Of a DNA stretch of 64,000 nucleotides, positions 18,240-28,348 are shown in pieces. How positions within the stretch are numbered: the first letter of the stretch is position 1; each line of letters begins with the position of its first letter. The notes under the pieces are model-generated. The model was not told where the DNA came from. It did no database searches and saw only the letters and a program-made list of their open reading frames with translations. The DNA is from Candidatus Bathyarchaeota archaeon (GTDB lineage: Archaea > Thermoproteota > Bathyarchaeia > TCS64): contig JAOZHP010000140.1 of the NCBI GenBank assembly GCA_026014815.1, positions 17,437 through 81,436 of the forward strand. The letters are read 5' to 3'. Made by a program: the position numbers and the translations under genes.

Positions 18240-20165
18240 TTATTGGTTCCCTAGGTCGTCAGCGACGTGCTCGATGCCCAGTTTCTTGAGAACACTTCTC
18301 GTCGGTACACCTGTTTCTGGGTCCCAGTCCATAAGGGCATAATAGTTCTTGAGCATCTCGTTCCAGTGGGGCATGATGCTGATTCCTTCGGTTGGGCCAT
18401 CTATGGGTGTTGATCCATACCTCGATGAGGGTCTGTCATACTCAGATGTTATGCCGACTTGAATGTTGAATGCTCTCAGCAGGTTAACCGCCCGTTTTCC
18501 TACGTCCCATGCTTCCTCGGTGCTCATTTCCCAGCCAGTGGCTGCTGAGATGGCTCTGGTGATTCGTTCAGCGTTCATCCGTGTATTGAAGCGGCAGGTT
18601 CCGACGCTGTCCTCAAGCTGCATGAGGCCTTTGGTGCGTGCTACTTCGGTGCTGATGATCATTGGGTTCTTAGGTCCCTGAGCGTCCGGCACCATGACGC
18701 TCATATGGGTCTCTATGGTGCTTGTGTTGCTGACACAGGTATCGAACATCTCGGCCCACCTAGTCCTGTGGTCATGGCCCCGTGGCGTGTTTCCCTTCAT
18801 AGTGTAGATGGCGGACTCAGCTGCCTTTCCACCTATCTTCTCGGAAACGCGTTTTAAGCCCTCAGCCAGAAGGTCACCGAAACCTTCACGACTCGCCACC
18901 AGTCTAAGTATCTTTTCAGCTCCTTCGACGTCTCCGAAACCTGTGTTGAAGCCTACCTGATTCTCAGTGAGATAACCCTTTTCCATGCACTCCATAACCC
19001 ATCCCACAAGCCATCCTGCCTCGTTGTTCTCGAAGCCGAGACGGTCTGTGAGTCCGCTGAGCATCATTGCTGCTTCTACATCGTGGTTTCCTATGGCTGG
19101 GCCCCACGCTGCCATCTGCTCGTACTCGGGCTCCTCGACGTGGCACTTGAATTTACCCTCAGGGATCTCCATCATTGTGCTGTGGAGGAGTCTGCAACTC
19201 CAACATGGTATCCGTTCTGTCTGATATTTTTCACGTATATCCTTCTCGCTGAAGCTGTCCACCTCGGGATCGTTTGCTCCCCACTCATAGGTAGAATAGT
19301 TCTTGATGGGGAGTGACCCGCTGCCAGATTTCCATCCACTCTCCACGCCGCCGATGGTTCCCCTGAAGTACTCCACATCCTCGTACATCTCTTGGGAGAC
19401 TTTGAGTAGTCCTCTTGCGTCGTGAATATCGATCCTGCCTGAACCCCGGAAAGCAACGATGGCCTTCAGCTTCTTACTGCCAAGAACCGCTCCTGAGCCG
19501 TTGTGGCTGGCGCTGTGCCCATGATCCACGAAGACCCCTGCCCATCTGACAAGTTTTTCACCTGCTGGGCCTATGCTAAGCACGCTAGCTTCGCGTCCTT
19601 TCGTATTCAGCTCCTTTCTGAGAGCGTCTGTAATCTCATAGGTGTCTAAGCCAAGGAAGCCAGTTGCGTCTCGAAGCTCCGGCTTCCCATCCTTTAGGAT
19701 AAGGTACTTCCATGTCTCGGATGCGCCTGTGATGATGACACCGTCGTATCCACTGAACTTCATGTAAGCACCGAAAAGACCGTTCGCCTGAACCGATGTG
19801 GCTCCGCCGGTGAGAGCACCCTTGGTGACGAGGCTGATGGTGCCTGAGCCACCGACGCTGGTGCCTCCAAGTGGACCGGAGGCGATAGTGACAATGTTCC
19901 GGAGGTCACTGTACTCTATCTCTCTAGGCACCTCCTCGTAGAGGACCTTGGCTCCTACGCCTGTCCCGCCGAGGTACTTTCTGAGCATCTCCTCGGGGTA
20001 CACCTCGTCGCTTAGGGTGCCAGTGGTCATGTCTACTCTTAGGTACTTTCCAGCGAATCCTTTGACAGTCATAAAACTCAGGTAAACTTCAAACTTGGGA
20101 CCGGAAAAGATTTTCGAAACATCATTAACCCGTGACGGCGTATTGATGTATAAGTTGCTTGTCAA
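18240..20165 (-). CDS. aor: Aldehyde:ferredoxin oxidoreductase (tungsten-containing AOR family)
   Basis: 641 aa. N-terminus GFAGKYLRVDMTTG...LGGTGVGAKVLYEE. AOR-typical size and motifs. Confidence 0.85.
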   Translation of the reverse strand: MTSNLYINTPSRVNDVSKIFSGPKFEVYLSFMTVKGFAGKYLRVDMTTGTLSDEVYPEEMLRKYLGGTGVGAKVLYEEVPREIEYSDLRNIVTIASGPLGGTSVGGSGTISLVTKGALTGGATSVQANGLFGAYMKFSGYDGVIITGASETWKYLILKDGKPELRDATGFLGLDTYEITDALRKELNTKGREASVLSIGPAGEKLVRWAGVFVDHGHSASHNGSGAVLGSKKLKAIVAFRGSGRIDIHDARGLLKVSQEMYEDVEYFRGTIGGVESGWKSGSGSLPIKNYSTYEWGANDPEVDSFSEKDIREKYQTERIPCWSCRLLHSTMMEIPEGKFKCHVEEPEYEQMAAWGPAIGNHDVEAAMMLSGLTDRLGFENNEAGWLVGWVMECMEKGYLTENQVGFNTGFGDVEGAEKILRLVASREGFGDLLAEGLKRVSEKIGGKAAESAIYTMKGNTPRGHDHRTRWAEMFDTCVSNTSTIETHMSVMVPDAQGPKNPMIISTEVARTKGLMQLEDSVGTCRFNTRMNAERITRAISAATGWEMSTEEAWDVGKRAVNLLRAFNIQVGITSEYDRPSSRYGSTPIDGPTEGISIMPHWNEMLKNYYALMDWDPETGVPTRSVLKKLGIEHVADDLGNQ

Positions 20166-20439
20166 TATCAGGTACTACTCCATGGCGAGGGACGCCACAG
20201 GGAGAAAACTGGAGCAGGTTGAGCTACCTGAGGGCTCCACCATGCGTAGCTTGATCCACCGATTAGTTGAAAACCATGGTGATGAGCTCGATAGATATGT
20301 CTATGACCAAGATGGAGAGTTGCGAGATTACTTGATGTACTCGGTCAATGACATTGATATTGTCAGCCTTGATGGATACGATACATTGCTTAGTGACGGT
20401 GACACAGTGCTGGTTCTTCCACCAATCGGGGGAGGCTAG
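20146..20439 (+). CDS. MoaD/ThiS-like ubiquitin-fold protein ending in Gly-Gly (SAMP-like)
   Basis: The ORF ends ...VLVLPPIGGG. A beta-grasp-sized protein adjacent to AOR. The start is taken as MYKLL. Confidence 0.5.
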   Translation: MYKLLVNIRYYSMARDATGRKLEQVELPEGSTMRSLIHRLVENHGDELDRYVYDQDGELRDYLMYSVNDIDIVSLDGYDTLLSDGDTVLVLPPIGGG

Positions 20440-20864
20440 CCGACGTAGGGCAGCAAGTCAAACCCGAACATTAGTTTTATGATGTAAAGTACTACCACAG
20501 CGGCGACGTTCTGTATAGCGACACTGTAGTATGCGTCATCGATGCGGGACAAGTATAGCCCCAGTACGATAGGTGGCACGGCGAGGATGAACCAGAAAGT
20601 CCAGTAGATGAGGAACAGCGAGTTGATGAGTGATATGATAGTGAACCCAAGGAGACCTTCAGTTACTGGATACACGGAATGACTGATCCACAGGATTATA
20701 GCGGATACAATGGATACCGCCGCCAACAATAGATTCAACTTGGTCCAGTAGGGCAATACCTTCTTCAGTTGTTCCAGCAAGTCAATCCAATCCAAGGTGT
20801 AACGACTGTGATTATCATTGCTGAGTTGGGGGCTCGGGGTCCACCCAGCTGAACTTTTTCTCAA
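20436..20864 (-). CDS. Hypothetical small membrane protein
   Basis: 3-4 hydrophobic helices and no recognisable motif. Confidence 0.3.
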   Translation of the reverse strand: MRKSSAGWTPSPQLSNDNHSRYTLDWIDLLEQLKKVLPYWTKLNLLLAAVSIVSAIILWISHSVYPVTEGLLGFTIISLINSLFLIYWTFWFILAVPPIVLGLYLSRIDDAYYSVAIQNVAAVVVLYIIKLMFGFDLLPYVG

Positions 20865-22611
20865 GGGTCTTGCTGTAATAGTTTCGCCAGTCGTACTCTA
20901 TCTTCCTGCCCCAGTCGAAGTAGACCCGTGGGTCGATATAGCTCTTGAGGCTGGTGCCCAGGTTATAGTCTCGGGTGAGTTCGTACGCTTCCACCTGCAG
21001 GGTTGCCTTCTCGATTGCTGCCTTGTTACGGGCACGCATGTTCTCTAGGCTTAGCTTACGTTTGTCTTGGCGTTCACGATGCTTGTTCTTCAGGTTAATA
21101 TTTCGCTCCCTCTGGGTCTTGATGGATTTCCTCTTGGATACTATACGTTTCTCGAGGCCGGTCGTGGACTTGCCCTGCTCCTCTTTCTCTTTGAGCTGCT
21201 TCTTGAGGTCGTCTAACTGTATCTTGTAGAGTTCTAGCTTCTCCTCGTATCTTGCCAGTCGTTCCCTGTACTTTTCGTTGGCTTCCATTATCTTCTGGCG
21301 GGCCTTCCGTTCTCGTTCCCTTGACTTTATCTTACGGTTGGCGAGGCGCTCTTTCTTCTTCTCTAAGCTCTGCGCCCATGTCTTGGGTATTGTGCGTTTG
21401 TGGTTGCACGTGATAGCTGCCTCAAGGTTAGCCATCGTCGCCATGTGCTTCTTCTTGTAGTCAGGGTCATCCTTGGTTACCGGTAGTTCCTTTAGCTTGT
21501 CCTCCACGATGACTGTCGCGTGGCATGTACGGAACACCTTTGCCGTGATTCCCTCCATCACCTCGTCTAAGAACTCGCTTACGACGCTACTATTCACCTC
21601 ATCAAAGAGTGCGCCATCACCGGCTGACTCTGCGAACTCCTTCAGGTTTTCAAACGCTTGTGGGTCGACCTCTGTTGTTAAGAGGAATCTTACGCTGTCT
21701 TTTCCTAAGAAATCGAATGTGACGGTGCCGTCCTCGTTGAAGTGGAGGTGTTCTGCCCTGAGTGTGGAGGCGCCTACTGTGTCTGCTTCCTCGTCCTCGT
21801 CTTTCTCGTCGCCGACCCTGAAATTTAGGGCGTCGATAAGATAGCTGACTGTAGCTGTCTTTCGGCGTTTAACGTCCTCGTGGGTCATATTATCCATGAT
21901 GTGTCTCTTGACCCAAGATAGGTTCTTCCTGAGCTCCAACGCCTTGTTGAATTTCTCTATCTCTTTCTTCTGCTTGATGGGGCTGCTGTCATGTGGCCAC
22001 ACGTACTTCATTTTCTCGGTGAGCTTGTCCTTCCACTTCGCGACCCAGATGCTCTCGTTGTCCCACGTGATCTCCTTCCAGTCACCAAGGGGTCTCGGCG
22101 CGTCTGGGCTGAGGTTAAGAATAATATCCTCGTGGCTTGGACCTTCCTTCCATTTACCTCTGAATGGGTGCTGACCACGACCCATGAAAATACTGCTTGG
22201 CTCCACGGTGTAGTTACCCAGCTCGCTGCGTTCATCGTCGAATGTAGCCCATCCATACTTTTCCTTGTTGGCTTCACGAATTACCTTCCGGTCCTCGGCG
22301 AGACGTTTCTTCTCTTCCTTGGCGAGGTTCTTCTTGTACTCCCTTTCCTCCTCGACTAAGCGGTAGATACTCGTGTAATCAACGTCACTCGGTTGAACCT
22401 TGAACCCCAACACCTCACTGAAATCTAGGTGAAAGTTTTCGGCGAATACCGGGTCCTCTACGTATGGAGTGCCTATCTTTTTTGCCCAGGCTACTGCTCG
22501 CTCCTCTTGAACTGGGGTGAGCCGGTGTTCCTTGCCTTTGATGATTACTGTGAGTCCCTGTGCTTCATATCGTGGGGGTACCATGACGCCGTTGTGGATC
22601 ATTGACTTCAT
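20815..22611 (-). CDS. Eukaryote-type DNA topoisomerase IB
   Basis: The N-terminus HNGVMVPPRYEAQG matches the Top1 core. It has a long K/E/R coiled-coil linker. The C-terminus LGTSLKSYIDPRV matches the eukaryotic active-site Tyr region LGTSKLNYLDPRI. Confidence 0.85.
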   Translation of the reverse strand: MKSMIHNGVMVPPRYEAQGLTVIIKGKEHRLTPVQEERAVAWAKKIGTPYVEDPVFAENFHLDFSEVLGFKVQPSDVDYTSIYRLVEEEREYKKNLAKEEKKRLAEDRKVIREANKEKYGWATFDDERSELGNYTVEPSSIFMGRGQHPFRGKWKEGPSHEDIILNLSPDAPRPLGDWKEITWDNESIWVAKWKDKLTEKMKYVWPHDSSPIKQKKEIEKFNKALELRKNLSWVKRHIMDNMTHEDVKRRKTATVSYLIDALNFRVGDEKDEDEEADTVGASTLRAEHLHFNEDGTVTFDFLGKDSVRFLLTTEVDPQAFENLKEFAESAGDGALFDEVNSSVVSEFLDEVMEGITAKVFRTCHATVIVEDKLKELPVTKDDPDYKKKHMATMANLEAAITCNHKRTIPKTWAQSLEKKKERLANRKIKSRERERKARQKIMEANEKYRERLARYEEKLELYKIQLDDLKKQLKEKEEQGKSTTGLEKRIVSKRKSIKTQRERNINLKNKHRERQDKRKLSLENMRARNKAAIEKATLQVEAYELTRDYNLGTSLKSYIDPRVYFDWGRKIEYDWRNYYSKTLEKKFSWVDPEPPTQQ

Positions 22612-22977
22612 GTGTGGCTCTCCGGATTAGGGAGCATAATCCACCATGTTTTTTTAATGTTTTGCAATTTTTTCACGGATTTTAACAAAGTCCCACGAGA
22701 TTTAGCCATGCTCTTATTTCTTTCACTGTTTTGCCGTAAATCTCTTCGCTGTAGTCGCCTAGAAGCCCATTTGCCTTTGTGATATAGTCTACTTTTCCCG
22801 GGTCAACGTTGATTAAACCGCTTGTGTAGCCGTCGACCTCAAACTCTACAGTGACTTACAAGCTGTATCTCTTCTAATCCGTTTTGGTCATCATTTTGTT
22901 TTAGTTTAGAACACTATTTCAGTGGAGTTGAATCCTGATAAGCGCTATATCTCGCGGTTTCCCATAGAGTTTGAGGC

Positions 22978-23931
22978 ATGGCAGAGAAGAAGCCTATCCA
23001 GAGAGACGAGATCATCGGTGCTCTTACTCTAGTTATCATGTTCGCGGCAGTGCTCATTGGCCGGGAGGCAGGGAATTTTTTCGCTAGCTTCGAGGAGATG
23101 AAGAACCTCAAGGTATTCTTCGAGGTCACCGAGGAGGAGCTTTCAGACTACCTCAGGGAGGTATTAGAGGGTGAATCACCTGACCTGGATGTCTCATTGA
23201 CAATAACTTTGCCATCGGTAGACAACACTGTTAAGGTGGTGACGGAGATGCCTGACTATGTTCGCAGGTGGCTCATCAGCGTCACGTTGAGCCCAGTAAT
23301 AGTGCGTCAGCCATCCGTCTCCGACGTAGAGATGACGTTCACAGTGGAAGACCACGAGTTGATAAACGAGACATATAGGTTTGAGAAGGATAAGGTGCCT
23401 TACCTTGGCCTCGTGGACAGGGGAATAGGGCTGGAGATCGAGGATGTGCTGGGGCTCAGAGAGATTGTTGAGGAAGCAGCCTCAAGCTATGGGGGTGAGG
23501 TGAAGGTTCAGGTGAAAGGCAGAGTCAAGACACACCTATGGTTCCTTGACGCATGGCTACCATTCAGCACGATTAGATATCCACTCGTGGAAGCGCCTAG
23601 CCTCGTCTATGAGTCCTCAAAGTGGCAAGAGTTCGATGGAAGCGAGATCACTGTCACGGAGATGGGCCAGAGTGTTCATATCGGTGCTAGGTTCAGTAAC
23701 CCCACGCGTGTTCATAGCATCCGTGAGAACGTCACTTGTAGTGTTTTCATGGATGGAGTCGATGAACCGGTCGCTGTGATCGAGAAGGAGCTTCCCTTAG
23801 CGTCAAGCTCTGAGGGCTCCTATGTTTTCATGTTTACCCCAGAGAATGAAGGAGATTACAGATTCTGGTTGGAGACACAATCAAGGATCATTCTAAGTCT
23901 CGCTGAGTCACCGATTTTAAGCGTCCAGTAA
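22978..23931 (+). CDS. Membrane-anchored hypothetical protein, possibly LEA_2/WHy-like beta-sandwich domains
   Basis: One N-terminal TM helix. The soluble part has repeated beta-strand-like segments. The LEA_2/WHy domain assignment is weak. Confidence 0.25.
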   Translation: MAEKKPIQRDEIIGALTLVIMFAAVLIGREAGNFFASFEEMKNLKVFFEVTEEELSDYLREVLEGESPDLDVSLTITLPSVDNTVKVVTEMPDYVRRWLISVTLSPVIVRQPSVSDVEMTFTVEDHELINETYRFEKDKVPYLGLVDRGIGLEIEDVLGLREIVEEAASSYGGEVKVQVKGRVKTHLWFLDAWLPFSTIRYPLVEAPSLVYESSKWQEFDGSEITVTEMGQSVHIGARFSNPTRVHSIRENVTCSVFMDGVDEPVAVIEKELPLASSSEGSYVFMFTPENEGDYRFWLETQSRIILSLAESPILSVQ

Positions 23932-24149
23932 AGGGTCCCTATAAAAATTAAATCGTCTTTAAACAGGTTAAGTCACACGTTTATAGATTTGAGTTGAGTC
24001 CCGACGAACTGATGATAACGCATTCAATGCAGGACATGGCCCAAGATGTGCTCACCACCCTCAACCAAGCCGAGACTCCGGATGAGGCCATAGAACAGAA
24101 GTAGCTGGAAACGTAAAATATTCAGACTGCACCATTACCACTGATTCTC

Positions 24150-25763
24150 ATGGTTATCCCCGACGACTTATGTGCGGACCTAGCCTTCATCAACGGCAAG
24201 GTCATCACGGTAGACAAGGAAAACAGTGTTGCCGAAGCTGTTGCAGTAAAGGACGGCAAGATTTTCAGAGTAGGTACATCAGAGCACATCAAAGAGGTAT
24301 TAGGAAAAAAGACAGAGGTACATGACCTTGACGGAAAAACCATGCTCCCCGGTTTAATCGATAGCCACATGCACCCCGGGGGAAGCTGGGGCGCTTATCT
24401 AATACGTGGGATTGCTTGCGGCCCCGATTTCACCAGCGTCGATGAGATGCTTAACGTCGTAAAGAGGAAGGTAACCGAGACCCCCAAGGGCAACTGGATT
24501 CTGGGTTACAGGATGGACGACGTCAAGATGGGGAGGTACCCGACAAAGCAGGAGCTTGACGATGTCGCACCTGAGAACCCATTGTACATCCAGAGACGTG
24601 ATGGTCATAACGGGGTTGCCAACAGCCTTGCATTGGAGATCGGTGGTATCACACGAGACACCCCTGACCCTCGCCACGGAAAGATCGAGAAAGACGAGAA
24701 CGGTGAGCCCAATGGACTTCTAAGAGAGGCCGCGAAGGACCTTGTCTATCACAAGATGCCACCATACAGTGAGGACGAGTTCTACCGTGGACTCCTTATC
24801 GTCTACGATGAGTGTGTGAGCCTGGGGTTAACGAGTATTCACGCCAGCATGGTGAGCCCAGCCGAGTTCAGAGCCATGCAGCGAATTAAACGAGAGGGCA
24901 AACTCAAGGTACGCACAGCGGTCCACATCAGCGGTAGGGACGAGGGCATGGTGGAAGGAGCCATCGCGGTGGGTATCCAGACACCATTCGGAGATGAGTG
25001 GCTCAAGATTACCACCGTGGAGTGGGTCTTCGACACCAGTACCAGCGGAAGAACAGCGGCATACTATGAGCCTTACGTTGGTGAGCCCGATAACACAGGC
25101 ATGCTACTCTACGATCAGGACGACATAGAGCGTAGGGTCTGGGAAACTCATAAAGCAGGGATCAGGGTTGGCCTGGACGGCGTAGGAGACAGGGGAATAG
25201 ACAGGGCTCTGGACGCAATCGAGAAAGCGTTGAAAAGACAGCCCAGAGAAGACCACAGACACAGGATCGAGCACTGCTGCTACGTGACTCCCTCTATTCA
25301 GGACAGGCTCCTTGAGCTGGGGGTCATCGACGCCTCAGCCACAGGATTCCTCCATGACCTTGGAGACGCGTATAAGGCTAACAGAGGCGAGGAGGCAATG
25401 AGGTACATGTGGCCCCACAGGACACTCATCGACAGGGGAATACCAGCGCCCGGGCATAGCGATGCAAGCATCTGCACACCGAATCCGTGGGTCGGCATAT
25501 ACGGCATGGTCACGAGGAAAACCAGTGGAGGCCAAGTACTGTACGCAGGTGAAGGCGTTGAACCCATCGAGGCGATAAGAGCATACGGCGTCGATGGCGC
25601 CTACGCTGCGTGGGAGGAGGACATCAAAGGAACCATTGAGCCGGGGAAGCTGGCCGATCTCGTGGTCGTAGATAGGGACCCAACGCTGATCGAGCCCGAT
25701 GACCTGCGGAACGTCAAGAACCTGATGACCGTGGTGGACGGGAAGATCGTCTACCACAAGTAG
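24150..25763 (+). CDS. Amidohydrolase_3-type metal-dependent hydrolase (D-aminoacylase-like family)
   Basis: GLIDSHMHPGG metal-binding motif. The size (537 aa) and C-terminal pattern fit the family. Confidence 0.7.
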   Translation: MVIPDDLCADLAFINGKVITVDKENSVAEAVAVKDGKIFRVGTSEHIKEVLGKKTEVHDLDGKTMLPGLIDSHMHPGGSWGAYLIRGIACGPDFTSVDEMLNVVKRKVTETPKGNWILGYRMDDVKMGRYPTKQELDDVAPENPLYIQRRDGHNGVANSLALEIGGITRDTPDPRHGKIEKDENGEPNGLLREAAKDLVYHKMPPYSEDEFYRGLLIVYDECVSLGLTSIHASMVSPAEFRAMQRIKREGKLKVRTAVHISGRDEGMVEGAIAVGIQTPFGDEWLKITTVEWVFDTSTSGRTAAYYEPYVGEPDNTGMLLYDQDDIERRVWETHKAGIRVGLDGVGDRGIDRALDAIEKALKRQPREDHRHRIEHCCYVTPSIQDRLLELGVIDASATGFLHDLGDAYKANRGEEAMRYMWPHRTLIDRGIPAPGHSDASICTPNPWVGIYGMVTRKTSGGQVLYAGEGVEPIEAIRAYGVDGAYAAWEEDIKGTIEPGKLADLVVVDRDPTLIEPDDLRNVKNLMTVVDGKIVYHK

Positions 25764-25858
25764 CGTTTTCGTGCCTGTAAGTATCATTAATGAGAGAGCA
25801 ACATTACTCATTAGCAGATATTATTAGTAAACCTCCCTATATTGACGTTTGACCAGCT

Positions 25859-27025
25859 ATGAGGAACAGATTGCTAACTTATCTCATTCTTATCTCATTA
25901 ATTTCATCGATCCCTGTAGGCTGGAGCGATAACGCCCCAAGTCAACGGATGGGCAACAGGATGATCTACGACCCAATAAACGAGAAGGTCATTCTTATCG
26001 GTGGAGCCATCTGGAGCGACCATTACACTTTCTACAATGACCTTTGGAGCTTCGACCCAGTGACCCATACCTGGGAGGAGATCACTACGTCTGTGCGGCC
26101 TAGTGGCAGGTTCAACCACATGATGGTTTACCTCCCGGATCGACACCAAGTCTTCCTTTTCGGAGGCTTCAGCGCTAGAGACAGGATAGGGGACACATGG
26201 CTATACGATATCGAGGGCAACATGTGGACACAGCTACACCCAACGGACACGCCGTCCATGAGGAGCGACGCCGCTATCGCGTATGATGAAGAAAACAGGG
26301 TGGTTGTTCTTTTCGGAGGCTATGGAAACAACGAGGAGCATCCCGACGATACGTGGGTCTATGATTTTGTGGTAGAGAACTGGGTCCAGATGAACCCAGA
26401 GACTAAGCCGCTTCAGCAGTATGGTTGCCACATGGTCTATGACTCCCTGAACCAGAGGCTCCTCTTTTACCCTGGTCACTGGAGCACAAGGAGAGGTAGT
26501 ACTTTGTTAACTCATGGATACGGTGACCAGGTATGGGTCTACGATTATGCTGATGATGACTGGACCGAGTTAAACACGTCACCCAAACCAGAGGGTAGGT
26601 ACTGGTTCAACCTTGCCTATGACACAGGCGGGCAGATGATACTTTTCGGGGGCTCGGGAGGCGGAAACAACATGATGGGTGATACTTGGCTCTACGATTA
26701 CATGGAAAACACGTGGGAACAGGTAGACTCAGATGTAACGCCGTCAGGGAGAAGCTGCTCAAGCATGGTTTACGACAGCGTGAACGACTTGGTGGTGATG
26801 TTCGGAGGCTCTGACAACGGCGCTAGTGACGCGATGGACGACACATGGATACTTGACATGGAGATACAGCAATGGAGCCTTGTAGAAGAGACAACAACAA
26901 GTACAACTGATTCATCAGAGGAGTCTGAGCCCCCTGAAAACAGGATTCCAGGGTTACCATTTGAAGCAATTCTCCTCGGCGTATCATTTTTCGTCCTTTC
27001 GCGAAGATGGTTCAGAGTTAACTAA
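25859..27025 (+). CDS. Secreted six-bladed Kelch-repeat beta-propeller protein with a C-terminal sorting-signal-like tail
   Basis: Signal peptide, then six repeats of the DTW(L/V)YD...W type. The tail is TTTSTTDSSEESEPPENRIPGLPFEAILLGVSFFVLSRRWFRVN. Confidence 0.7.
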   Translation: MRNRLLTYLILISLISSIPVGWSDNAPSQRMGNRMIYDPINEKVILIGGAIWSDHYTFYNDLWSFDPVTHTWEEITTSVRPSGRFNHMMVYLPDRHQVFLFGGFSARDRIGDTWLYDIEGNMWTQLHPTDTPSMRSDAAIAYDEENRVVVLFGGYGNNEEHPDDTWVYDFVVENWVQMNPETKPLQQYGCHMVYDSLNQRLLFYPGHWSTRRGSTLLTHGYGDQVWVYDYADDDWTELNTSPKPEGRYWFNLAYDTGGQMILFGGSGGGNNMMGDTWLYDYMENTWEQVDSDVTPSGRSCSSMVYDSVNDLVVMFGGSDNGASDAMDDTWILDMEIQQWSLVEETTTSTTDSSEESEPPENRIPGLPFEAILLGVSFFVLSRRWFRVN

Positions 27026-27133
27026 GGTTTAAAAGCGATTATTCCGGTGCTGATAAGAGTCTCTCTGGAAACAATGATGCATCTCGTTGCGTTGCCATTG
27101 TTTTTCCTTCCAATCAGGGAGACTCAATAATTG

Positions 27134-27934
27134 TTAATTTTGACGATGACTAGGTAACGGGGTGGTTCTTGTCACTGATCCTTCCCAGTAATAATTGAAC
27201 AGGTCATGAGTCCACTTGATGGCTTTCTCGTCTTTCGCTGAGAATCCTCGATAGTCCATCTTTCCGTCAGTCCCCGGGAAACAGACTACGGCTAGTTCTT
27301 TCTCCGAGAGCGCCATGAAGACCTTCAGCTCATCAACCACGTGATCCATGAATTGACCGGATCTGAGTGCTTCGTTTACGATCGGTGGGTTAACGAACTC
27401 CGGTGGAACCACAATATCCTCAGGCTCGATAAGACGGTATTGTACCCCCTTTTGGAGGGCGTAGGCTTGGGCAGGCTGAGCTGTTATGATGTATCTATCT
27501 GTGAGCCTGTGGACGTGTTCGTCCGCGTCCTTAATTACCTGGTTGATACGGTGGAAAACAACCATTACATCGTCGATGTATTCGCTCTCCGCTAGCTCAC
27601 CGAGGCGGGAGATGAACTCTGGTGGAAGCCCCGAGAGGTCGTGGCTTCGGAAATAGTCCCTGTGCTTGGAGGTGAAACGAAAGCTCTCCAACTGCTGCAA
27701 AGATAGCATCCCAAATGGTGACAGGTGATGCAGCCCGTTGGGGTCCTTCAGTGTGAGTCCCATCTCCCCTAGCCTTGATAGGTGTCTACTTGCTTCCTGA
27801 GTGGTGAGGTTTAGCTCCCTGCTGAGGTTGGTGACTGTCATGGGGGTCTCTCGTAGACTATATAGTATCTGTAGACGGTCCTCGTTGCTGAAATCGAAGA
27901 ATAAGTCGCATAAACGCTCCACTTCGTTCACCAA
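27134..27934 (-). CDS. Transcriptional regulator: ArsR-type wHTH plus a DUF1724-like C-terminal domain
   Basis: An N-terminal HTH segment LSRELNLTTQEASRHLSRL, followed by a long C-terminal domain as in archaeal ArsR-DUF1724 regulators. Confidence 0.55.
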   Translation of the reverse strand: MVNEVERLCDLFFDFSNEDRLQILYSLRETPMTVTNLSRELNLTTQEASRHLSRLGEMGLTLKDPNGLHHLSPFGMLSLQQLESFRFTSKHRDYFRSHDLSGLPPEFISRLGELAESEYIDDVMVVFHRINQVIKDADEHVHRLTDRYIITAQPAQAYALQKGVQYRLIEPEDIVVPPEFVNPPIVNEALRSGQFMDHVVDELKVFMALSEKELAVVCFPGTDGKMDYRGFSAKDEKAIKWTHDLFNYYWEGSVTRTTPLPSHRQN

Positions 27935-28348
27935 TAATTGATACTACCATACACTATTGGATATTAAAAACACATGAGTTTTCCTGAACACCTGTTAAAC
28001 CCATGATGGTACATGGGTAACCTATGGGGAGCCACAAACATACTTTCTCAGTTGAACTCAAATCCAAAGAATACCTTCACCAGATAGCCGTGTCAAAAGA
28101 GTCTCAGGGAGAGGTCTTATTCGAGGGAGAGCTAGGAAAAATCGTTGAAGTTGAGCTAGTTGAGGGAAAAGTACTTGAAATCACAGGAGAGAACGGCGTG
28201 CTACGGCTTGACATATGTGAAAGCCTTCTCTTGGAGAAGCTGAAAGTAACGTAACCCCTGCATAATGTGCTATTTTTTCATGAACGGTGATTAGTTCCCA
28301 TGAATGGGCTTGAACAGATGTTATTTTAGTATATTAGAGTAAAGTGCA

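Noticed and set aside
20818-22359. Multiple plus-strand ORFs antisense to the topoisomerase IB gene
   Set aside because: They are Ser/Leu/Arg-rich products of the reverse strand of the K/E/R-rich linker. Topo IB explains the locus.
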